Assembly (NCBI GenBank): GCA_051530055.1
Contig: CM121342.1
Coordinates: 11,609,480-11,673,479, forward strand
Direction: 5' to 3'
From: Neoechinorhynchus agilis
Lineage: Eukaryota > Animalia > Acanthocephala
Length of the DNA: 64,000 nucleotides
Numbering within the stretch: position 1 is the first letter of the stretch; every line of letters starts with the position of its first letter. A program made the translations under genes and the position numbers. The notes under the pieces were generated by a model, which saw nothing but the letters and a program-made list of their open reading frames with translations, was not told the origin of the DNA and did not search any database. Shown piece by piece: positions 15,086-25,109 of the stretch.

Positions 15086-15464
15086 TGGATCCTTTCACAG
15101 CCAGAGGATAACGAAAACAAAATGATATGTTAGGATCCATTGCCATAATTTGCTCCATTTCACGAATTTCATTTTCCGTCTTTCCAAAACGTGAGAAGGA
15201 AAGTAAAAGTTTCTTTTCACCAAGAGTATCGGCCAATGATGAGTATAAACGCCGGCACACAAAGTGGCTCTGAACATCATCCACACTGGCACCCAAAAGA
15301 CAATCGATTTGTAGGTGGCGCTGTCCGGTACGTGAATCGAGTGAGATAAGAAATAAGTTTCCCAATGCAGGTTCAACGCCTTCAGCAAATACCACAAAAA
15401 CAAGGTTATCAAAGATCTTTACTGTGAGTTGAACAAATTTCGAATTAAGCTCTATAGTAACAAT
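15027..15464 (-). CDS. PSMG3: Proteasome assembly chaperone 3-like (PAC3/PAC4 fold)
   Basis: IVTIELNSKFVQLTVKIFDNLVFVVF...LGNL...CLLGASVDDVQSHFVCRRL...EKKLLLSF resembles PAC3. Acceptor ttttag at ~15465; the upstream exon is uncertain. Confidence 0.5.
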   Translation of the reverse strand: MVTIELNSKFVQLTVKIFDNLVFVVFAEGVEPALGNLFLISLDSRTGQRHLQIDCLLGASVDDVQSHFVCRRLYSSLADTLGEKKLLLSFSRFGKTENEIREMEQIMAMDPNISFCFRYPLAVKGSIESTKSTIAPFISSSAAFK

Positions 15465-15954
15465 CTAAAAAATGAACTACATAATCACAATGTCAAAAAC
15501 CGAAAAAACCAACCGATTGGAAAGAAGGCCTCTTATCAAAAATCATACAAATTTGATCATTACGTAGAGGTCAAAAATAACCAATATGATATCAATGAAA
15601 ATGTGCGCCATTTATACGGAAGAATTTAAAGGCTAACATTCGCGCAAATGCCGTCTTTTTAACGCTCAAATTTTCAATAAGTGATTCCAGGAGAAGAAAT
15701 CATTCATGCCGCCGCACAGGATCACTCAGCTGCCGTCCTGGTGTAACGGTCGAACGGACGGATGCATCGTTTCCCCGTTGCACAGTCAGACCTATGTTTT
15801 CAAGGAGGAATGCTATTAATCTCGGATCGCCAGTGATTCGTCTCAATCTATTAGACAATTGCTCGACCAGGTCCTACGCCGCGGAACCAAACGACCCGGG
15901 TGTCCCGACGCCAAAGGGAACAAAATAATGATTAAGACTTGACTTACAAGATAA

Positions 15955-16965
15955 GGCAGCGTATTTTTACGGATACCATTTAACTCGTGCAATTGGAAAC
16001 GTCCAAGCATACAATCTGGGATCTCGACGAGTATTGATAATATCAGTAACCCGGAGTTCTTTGTGTACTCTGAAGACGCCATTCGAAGCCAAGATAAATG
16101 CAGCGTTAATGTTCACTGTTCGTTTTTTCTGGGATTTCTGGCAAGCGTCAAATGACATCCGCTCTTACATTTACTAAGTGAATGGGCTCCGGCTCAGGAA
16201 AGAAGTCAATTAATTACTATAAGCAATTCCAAGCACAATTTGACACAATAGTCGCTCTTCCGTGATCCGTTGTAAAATGCGAGCAATTGGTTTTGGGGCG
16301 GATAGCCACTGGTTTTGTATGTGTCTGGTATCATTGGAATAATCTGGACGATTACATGGGCGCCTCTGACCAGATCGCGGCCAGAAGATCATCACTTTAT
16401 TTCAAAACAAAAACTCGAATATATCTGCCTAAATAAACCAATTTCATCAGCAAGTTACGAAGTACCAAAATTCCGAACAAGGCCATATTTACATCAATCC
16501 CTTGTTGGGAAATGTTTACGCCTAGTTTTTCAATAGTGTTTGCGCTAATGACTCTGATGAGTGGAGTAATGTGTGATAAACTTATTAACGCCAGAACGAT
16601 GGATCGTACAATGCAAAAAATTTATTTACAGCACTCGGAAACTTTCTACTTGGAATTTTCATATTCCTTGCAGTATTTGTGACTGCTAAAACAACTTGGG
16701 CCGGTACCCTGCTGTTTACGCTGGTCTTGGCGACTACAGGATCTAATAAATGAGGTGGGATGTATTGCAGTGCCAACGACATGGCACGAAGGTTTGCAGG
16801 CAAAATCTGGGGCATTTCTAACACGTTTGGAATTCTGTCTGGAATATTGTGCCCGGCAATGGTCTGCGTGATAGTAAAAGATGGACTGGCAAGCCAGTAG
16901 TGTATTGTATTTAACATTTGCGCCGTTTGTTATTTCATTTCGAGATTATCCTTTATTTTTTATTC
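15955..16965 (+). pseudogene. SLC17 (sialin/VGLUT-like) anion transporter pseudogene, 5'-truncated and apparently intronless
   Basis: Collinear motifs across frames: AAYFYGYHLT, EWAPAQERSQL, QFDTIVALP*, GG*PLVLYVSGIIGIIW, PEDHHFISKQKLEYI, IFTSIPCW, NDMARRFAGKIWGISNTF, Q*CIVF. Multiple stops (W codons TGG->TAG) and frameshifts. Confidence 0.85.
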
Positions 16966-17024
16966 AGGATATTGCACCCCTTCCTCGGCTTTTTGCATAA
17001 GACCACGGCATAAAACAACACCGG

Positions 17025-17096
17025 TTTCTTACATCAGAGAAGTAATTGAATCACTTAGACTCGGATGCGATACAATCACTTCTCTGATGTAGGAGA
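17025..17096. repeat. Stem-loop with 24-nt arms built from family D sequence
   Basis: tttcttacatcagagaagtaattg pairs with caatcacttctctgatgtaggaga (mostly Watson-Crick, some G-U). cagagaagtaattgaatcacttagact matches family D at ~22876 and ~63746. Confidence 0.7.
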
Positions 17097-18143
17097 TCGA
17101 TTTCGACTCAGGTCCCTGTATTTTGTTCTGCTGCGTTCCTCAGCGGCGGTTGCTGCTCCCTGGTTTTAATCGTGGTGAATTTATGTTGCTGGCCGCGAGC
17201 GTGTCCACGAACGTGGCGTCCCAGAGAAGGCATTTTCCTTCCCGCCACGGTAATAGTGTGACACCACCCGGTCTACGGCCATCGAGTCCGCAAAGATTGC
17301 TCGGTTCTAGGATGTTGGGCGCATTCACAGTATTCAGGGCACGACTAAGAATTGCGTTCACTTCGCCGTGTCGTGAATACCTTCCGCCTCGTTACGGACA
17401 GACGATATCATGGTGTCCCGATGGTTCAACGGTCGCTCCGCAACGGCAGCGATGGGATGTGTACATCGGTACCCCAAGTCTAAGGGACACTGCAATCCTT
17501 ACTGTCTCGTCGGGGAGAAGGATACCCACAGAAGCGATTGGGATAGCATTGAGCCAAGCACCCGATTCTCTTGTAGAGACTGGCGCCAATCGAGTTCGGT
17601 TCACCAGGTCACGGGAATTTGAAATTGGAGAGTTATGAATTTTCGCTACCAGGGGTGAGTCCCAAACTGATTGTTTGCAACCATCGACCGCTACCTGCTC
17701 GCTACCTGAATCTCTACACCAAAGATTAAGCACCTTCACGAAATCTTTATCCAAAGTGCAATTCTCGTCAAGAACGGATTGATCAGTTTTGCGGCTTGCT
17801 TCATACGGCCCCAAATTAGCTGGAAAAAATATCGGATGCTTTTCAGATACCCAAACCGCCGGACGACACAGGCAACGAAGCTTGATCCCAGGCCTCGTCC
17901 AGCAGTTGAGAATTTAAAATTCTCTCGAGAGAGAGGCTTTCACCGTCTCGTCTAATTTTGCCAGCTTATTCTCATGTCTAAAAAGGTGCTGTGCACACCT
18001 TATACAGCAGTTTTGGAATAAAGAGGATGCTCTTGATCAGGAGTTTATGCCGGAAAAATTAAAGGAATTTATTAAATCAAATATCTCGGCGATACACGCT
18101 TCTAATGAAAGTAGTAAATTAATCGACCCGGGTCTTACTTCCT

Positions 18144-21100
18144 AAGGTTATTTCCCCTGAACATCGGGTTATCTAAATTCAAAAAAGAAGGATGACGATG
18201 CTTTATCCTCAATATCAACATATTTCTTTGTTTGGCGATAAGAAATAGAGATTAATTTATTGATTGCCTTTCACACAATATTTCGTCCGCCGGGCAGGAA
18301 TTTTCAAGGTTGTTTCGCTAGAACATCGGGTAATCTAAATTCAAAAAGAAATGACCACGATCCTTTATCCTCAATATCAAGATATTTCTTTGTTTGGCGA
18401 TACGAAATCGAGATTAATTTATTGATTGCCTTTCACACAATATTTCGACCGCCTGGTCGGTATTTTCAAGGTTGTTTCGCTAGACCATCGGGTAATCTAA
18501 ATTCAAAAAGGAATGACGACGATCCTTTGTCCTCAATATCAAGATATTCCTTTGTACGGTGATGAGAATAGAAATTAATTTATTGATCGCTTTTCACACA
18601 ATATTTCGTCCGCCTGGTCGGAATTTTTAAAAAAAAAACCACACAACCCCACCAGGTTGTTTCGCCAGGCCATCGGGTAATCTAAATTCAAAAAGGAATG
18701 ACGACGGTGCCTTATCCTCAATATCAAGATATTTCTATGTTTGGTGATGAGAAATAGAGATTAATTAATTGATTGTCTTTCACACATTATTTCGTCCGTC
18801 TCGTCAGACTTCTTAACATCGTTTCGCCGGACCATCGGGTAATCTAAATTAAAAAAGGAATGACGACGATGCTTTATCCTCAATATCAAGATATTTCTTT
18901 GTTTGGTGATGAGAATCGAGATTAATTTATTGATTGCCTTTCACACAATATTTCGTCTGCCTGGTCGGAATTTTTATGGTTGTTTCTCTAGACCATCGGG
19001 TAATCTAAATTCAAAAAAATGACGAGATCCTTTATCCTCAATATCAAGATATTTCTTTGTTTGGTGATGAGAATAGAGATTAATTTATTGATTGCCTTTC
19101 ACACATTATTTCGTCCGTCTCGTCAGACTTCTTCAGGTTTCTTTCGCCGGACCATCGGGTAATCTAAATTCAAAAAAGAAGGATGACGATGCTTTATCCT
19201 CAATATCAACATATTTCTTTGTTTGGTGATGAGAATAGAGATTAATTTATTGACTGCCTTTCACACATTATTTCGTCCGTCTCGTCAGACTTCTTCAGGT
19301 TGTTTCGCCATACCATCGGGTAATCTAAATTCAAAAAGGAATGACGACGATGCTTTATCTTCAATATCAAGATATTTCTTTGTTTGGTGATGAGAATAGA
19401 GATTAATTTATTGATTGCCTTTCACACATTATTTCGTCCGTCTCGTCAGACTTCTTCAGGTTTCTTTCGCCGGACCATCGGGTAATCTAAATTCAAAAAA
19501 GAAGGATGACGATGCTTTATCCTCAATATCAACATATTTCTTTGTTTGGTGATGAGAATAGAGATTAATTTATTGACTGCCTTTCACACATTATTTCGTC
19601 CGTCTCGTCAGACTTCTTCAGGTTGTTTCGCCATACCATCGGGTAATCTAAATTCAAAAAGGAATGACGACGATGCTTTATCCTCAATATCAAGATATTT
19701 CTTTGTTTGGTGATGAGAATAGAGATTAATTCATTGATTGCCTTTCACACATTATTTCGTCCGTCTCGTCGGACTTCTTAAGTTTTTTCGCCATACCATC
19801 GGGTAATCTAAATTCAAAAAGGAATGACGACGATGCTTTATCCTCAATATCAAGATATTTCTTTGTTTGGTGATGAGAATAGAGATTAATTTATTGATTG
19901 CCTTTCACACATTATTTCGTCCGTCTCGTCAGACTTCTTCAGGTTTCTTTCGCCAGACCATCGGGTAATCTAAATTCAAAAAGGAATGACGACGATGCTT
20001 TATCCTCAATATCAAGATATTTCTTTGTTTGGTGATGAGAATAGAGATTAATTTATTGATTGCCTTTCACACATTATTTCGTCCGTCTCGTCAGACTTCT
20101 TCAGGTTTCTTTCGCCAGACCATCGGGTAATCTAAATTCAAAAAGGAATGACGACGATGCTTTATCCTCAATATCAAGATATTTCTTTGTTTGGTGATGA
20201 GAATAGAGATTAATTTATTGATTGCCTTTCACACATTATTTCGTCCGTTTCGTCGGACTTCTTAAGGTTTTTTCGCCATACCATCAAGCAATCAAATTTT
20301 CGAAAAGGAATGACGACGTTGCTTTATCCTCAATATCAAGAAATTTCTTTGTTTGGTGATGAGAATAGAGATTAATTTATTGATTGCCTTTCACACATTA
20401 TTTCGTCCGTCTCGTCAGACTTCTTCAGGTTTCTTTCGCCAGACCATCGGGTAATCTAAATTCAAAAAGGAATGACGACGATGCTTTATCTTCAATATCA
20501 AGATATTTCTTTGTTTGGTGATGAGAATAGAGATTAATTTATTGATTGCCTTTCACACATTATTTCGTCCGTCTCGTCAGACTTCTTCAGGTTGTTTCGC
20601 CAGACCATCGGTCAATCAAATTTCAAAGAGGAATGACGACGGTGCTTTATCCTCAATAATCAAGATATTTCTATGTTTATTGATGAGAAATAGAGATTAA
20701 TTTATTGATTGCCTTTCACACATTATTTCGTCCGTTTCGTCGGACTTCTTAAGGTTTTTTCGCCATACCATCAAGCAATCAAATTTTCGAAAAGGAATGA
20801 CGACGTTGCTTTATCCTCAATATCAAGAAATTTCTTTGTTTGGTGATGAGAATAGAGATTAATTCATTGATTGCCTTTCACACATTATTTCGTCCGTCTC
20901 GTCGGACTTCTTAAGGTTTCTTTCGCCAGACCATCGGGTAATCTAAATTCAAAAAGGAATGACGACGATGCTTTATCCTCAATATCAAGATATTTCTTTG
21001 TTTGGTGATGAGAATAGAGATTAATTTATTGATTGCCTTTCACACATTATTTCGTCCGTCTCGTCAGACTTCTTCAGGTTTCTTTCGCCAGACCATCGGG

Positions 21101-22450
21101 TAATCTAAATTCAAAAAGGAATGACGACGATGCTTTATCCTCAATATCAAGATATTTCTTTGTTTGGTGATGAGAATAGAGTTTAATTTATTGATTGCCT
21201 TTCACACAATATTTCGTCCGAGGAATTTTCAAGGTTGTTTCGCCAGACCATCGGTTAATCAAATTTCAAAGAGGAATGACGACGGTGCTTTATCCTCAAT
21301 AATCAAGATATTTCTATGTTTATTGATGAGAAATAGAGATTAATTTATTGATTGCCTTTCACACATTATTTCGTCCGTTTCGTCGGACTTCTTAAGGTTT
21401 TTTCGCCATACCATCAAGCAATCAAATTTTCGAAAAGGAATGACGACGTTGCTTTATCCTCAATATCAAGAAATTTCTTTGTTTGGTGATGAGAATAGAG
21501 ATTAATTCATTGATTGCCTTTCACACATTATTTCGTCCGTCTCGTCAGACTTCTTCAGGTTTCTTTCGCCAGACCATCGGGTAATCTAAATTCAAAAAGA
21601 AATGACGACGATCCTTTATCCTCAATATCAAGATATTTCTTTGTTTGGCGATACGAAATCGAGATTAATTTATTGATTGCCTTTCACACAATATTTCGTC
21701 CGCCTGGTCGGTATTTTCAAGGTTGTTTCGCTAGACCATCGGGTAATCTAAATTCAAAAAGGAATGACGACGATCCTTTGTCCTCAATATCAAGATATTC
21801 CTTTGTACGGTGATGAGAATAGAAATTAATTTATTGATCGCTTTTCACACAATATTTCGTCCGCCTGGTCGGAATTTTTAAGGTTGTTTCGCCAGGCCAT
21901 CGGGTAATCTAAATTCAAAAAGGAATGACGACGGTGCTTTATCCTCAATAATCAAGATATTTCTATGTTTATTGATGAGAAATAGAGATTAATTTACTGA
22001 TTGCCTTTCACACATTATTTCGTCCGTTTCGTCAGACTTCTTAAGGTTGTTTCGCCAGACCATCGGGTAATCAAAATTCAAAAAGGAATGACGACGGTGC
22101 TTTATCCTCAATATCAAGATATTTCTATGTTTGGTGATGAGAAATAGAGATTAATTCATTGATTGTCTTTCACACATTATTTCGTCCATCTCGTCGGACT
22201 TCTTAAGGTTTTTTCGCCATACCATCAAGTAATAAAAATTGTAAAAATAATGAAGACGGTGCTTTATCCTCAATAATCAAAATATTTCTTTGTTTGGCGA
22301 TAAGAAATCGAGATTGATTTATTGATTGCCTTTCACACAATATTTCGTCTGCCTGGTCGGAATTTTCAAGGTTGTTTCGCTAGACCATCGATAATCAAGT
22401 TTCAAAAAGGAATGACGATGATGCTTTATCCTCAATACCAACATATTTTT
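18144..22450. repeat. Tandem array of ~26 copies of a 162-bp unit, each with an HHR-like motif on the - strand
   Basis: atagagatta recurs at 19879, 20041 and 20203 (period 162). I counted 26 tttcgtc(c/t)g anchor positions between 18281 and 22343. The - strand of the commonest unit reads CTGAAGA A GTCTG ACGAGA CGGAC GAAA TAAT GTG. Confidence 0.95.
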
Positions 22451-22518
22451 TCACACTCAATCTGCGGATACCGCCAGATAAACGAAATTGAGTTCTTCTT
22501 GGATGCATTTTAGATAGA

Positions 22519-22550
22519 CTGAAGAAGACCCACGCGGAGGCTGAAAATTA
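22519..22550 (+). ncRNA. Degenerate hammerhead-like motif
   Basis: CTGAAGA A GACCCACGCGGAGGCT GAA AATT A. Both core halves and the palindromic stem III are present, but stem II is poorly paired. A sibling CTGAAGAAGTCCCACGC lies on the - strand at 28969-28985. Confidence 0.45.
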
Positions 22551-22849
22551 TCAAATAAATCAACTATTATAATTCGCTATAAAAATGTATTGTGATGAAC
22601 TCCCACGTGTGTCAGAAAAAGTTTATCCGGTTTTAATTTTTGTGAGAATACCTTTTGACGACTTGATTTGGCAGCAAGAAAACTAAAGTTCTCGTTAATG
22701 CAAATTGATTGGCACCTCTTTGTGCAGAGAAATTGATCCAAAAATTTGCACAATAACACAAATATTTTAATTCTTTTTAAAGTCTGGCTTGTCGGTTACA
22801 TTTTCTCTCTCTAAGTGTTGTAAACATTTCTTTTGATAATTTTTGTTTA

Positions 22850-23010
22850 TGGGCACACAGCCAACCGCTTTGGGTCAGGGAAGTGATTGAATCACTTAGA
22901 CTTTGGACCATACAGCAATGAGTTTGTACATCCTCTTGATCTTCGGATACTTCGCGAGAAGGCAGGATTCATCAGTGAGTTTCCTTCTCCCTTCAACACA
23001 ATTTCGCCCT
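22850..23010. repeat. Dispersed repeat family D, partial copy
   Basis: gggcacacagccaaccg...gaagtgattgaatcacttagac...gagtttgtacatcc...catcagtgagtttcc aligns by eye with 63721-63880 and partly with 47385-47520. Confidence 0.75.
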
Positions 23011-23099
23011 TTTGTTTATGAGTAATATGGGATAATGGATAAATAAGGTATTTTAATAAAATGCTTATTCAACAAGACCTCCGAAGGCTTTTAATGCCA

Positions 23100-23530
23100 T
23101 GGACAGTCTTTTCTTATCTAAAGTATTAATGTTTTTCCAAGTGCCTCAAAACCTAATTTATACAATTTAATATCTCGTAGAATCATTAAGTTCTATCTTC
23201 TTAAACGCCTTCGATTCCTTGGATTATCATCCAAAGATATTAAGTACTATTATATGTCCGCCATCCTACAATCTATTCAAATAATTAATACATTTCACAA
23301 GAGATGCGCTCTAATCTTCGCCACCGAACTCCTGCTCCTAGAAAAACACCTCTATCTAATGTTTCAAAAGCACTCAAAGCGCCTTCATTCTCTTCCGCCT
23401 CTTCAATTTCTACCGCAAATTTCTCCTTTTACTCATACTTACAAAACTCGTCGCCCAATCTTCCCAAATGCTCAATCGTCTAAATGCGAATTTATTCAAA
23501 GGAAAGAACCGAAAATTACAACTTAACCGA
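23100..23530 (+). mobile_element. Degenerate LINE (CR1/L2/Rex-like) ORF2 3' tail
   Basis: FYLLKRLRFLGLSSKDIKYYYMSAI resembles the post-RT RLYFLRRL..FG.....L..FY pattern. HSKRLHSLPP and TRRPIFP resemble the terminal region of those ORF2s. Confidence 0.45.
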
Positions 23531-23848
23531 CCAAAGTCAACTTACCTAAGGTACAAGGTTCGGTGACTTATGCTTATTCTTCTTTTAAATAAAACGATTT
23601 TATATATTATTCTTTCAATTAAATCAAAAACTTTTAAGACGCATTGGGCACTTTATGGACTAAAACATAATCTACAGACCATCTAAATCAATTATTCTAA
23701 AGCAATGTGCTCTTTTTGTCATGGGCCTTTCGCCTGAGAACCGATTTTTAACAAAAGTAAGCACTCACCATTTGTCAAAAGTGTATTCAGACTGGAAAAA
23801 AAGACCCAAAGATTCTAAATAAATTTAAAACACTTGTTTTTTAAAAAT

Positions 23849-23975
23849 GCCGATATGTGAGGAATGGGAATGTGATTGGAGTTATTGTTCAGGTCTAGGC
23901 TCGGTAAATGATTATTAATTTAAGACGTTCTGCGAACCTCGTCGGGTTCATCATCAGTTTGTTTTATAAATTACG
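23849..23975. repeat. Family C half copy with an HHR-like core on the - strand at 23924-23957
   Basis: gccgatatgtgagg tail plus gacgttctgcgaacctcgtcgggttcatcatcagttt. The - strand reads CTGATGA T GAACC CGACGA GGTTC GCAGA ACGT C. Confidence 0.75.
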
Positions 23976-25109
23976 AATAGATTGTGAATAAATTGTTTTT
24001 AACTAAATTCTTTTAACAACAAATGCAACTTTTATTAATTCATTAGGACAGGCAAGAACTTTTCAAGTATCCTGCAGATATCCTAAAGGAAACGAAGGGC
24101 GTGGCATCAATTTAAAATGAATCGAACAGTATATCGAATATGGAACAATTTTTATCCATTGAAGTTTTACAGTCGATTTTCGATCTTACACGAACTTGAA
24201 ATTTATCACACGATTACGATACACAATAAACGTGATTGCAGCTCTCATTCATTGATGAGGGGATGATCACTCCAACACCGAACTCTAACGACCTTTCCAA
24301 TGATATTTTACGAATGAATGTGATGACATGTTTGAGCCTTAAGGATAATAACAAACTGCATATTTTCATTAGCAATAACGGTTATGTATTTCTCATTGTT
24401 GGAACTCTCATTCGAATGTTTTTTTATGTCAAACCAAAATGAATATTTAAATGACTTAAACATAAATACCATACATCCAAATCGTTTATTTTCCACCGAA
24501 AAAGCGATAACATTAGAGATTTAATAAGGACATTAAGTAATATATTAGCTGTGCATGAATATTTCGAAGATCGCAAAAAAAGCAATGTTTAGAATACAAA
24601 AATAGTATTCAGTTGCCATTTACGAGAGTAAAACCGACTATCGAGAACAAGAGATTTGATCAAAATTGTTTTAATGGCTCTATAGATCACTATGACGACC
24701 GAGTTCGCAAATCTACGTGGTATTGAAGGAATCGTCAATAGACCCCGAAATGGTTTTGCCATCATAAAATATATTCGATATTCTATTTTAAACATAATCG
24801 GACAATGAGCGATACTCATATTACATTCATAGATCGAGATTGCTTGACTCATTAAGTCCGATCCAAATTTTACTTTGGTGTTGTTTTATTGATTTCAATG
24901 GCGGTTTGTTAAAAATCGATTGTAGTGTAATTGTCTGATTTGTGAAAAAATATTCGACAACATAAATAGCAGCGTTTTAGAGCAAGGTTTGTGGATTTCT
25001 GGGAGAAGGTCGACTAGTCCTTTGAATTTTGCTTTTACAGTTTGCCACTTGGATACAAGCCGCCCACTCCGTTCACTCACTCACATTTCTCACACACTGA
25101 GTCGCTCAC

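Larger units (their letters stand above)
15700..18135 (-). mobile_element. CRE-like non-LTR retrotransposon, 5'-truncated and degenerate, split by a ~1.16-kb insertion
   Basis: Right part encodes IPKLLY, WDQASLPVSSGGLGI, SGAWLNAIP, a CRCG...HDIVC zinc knuckle, RPGGVTLLPWREGKCLLWDATFVDTLA, and KYRDLSRN (ends ~17100). Left part resumes at ~15939 with HYFVPFGVGT...ENIGLTVQRGNDAS (PD-(D/E)XK restriction-like endonuclease). Confidence 0.85.

Noticed and set aside
18260-21813. ORFs within the satellite (18260..18562, 20515..20700, 21514..21813)
   Set aside because: They arise because 162 is a multiple of 3. Most units contain stops and indels in all frames.
18144-22450. CRISPR array or spliced-leader RNA gene array
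   Set aside because: Whole units repeat with no unique spacers, and the context is eukaryotic. I could not find a convincing leader/donor plus Sm-site arrangement.
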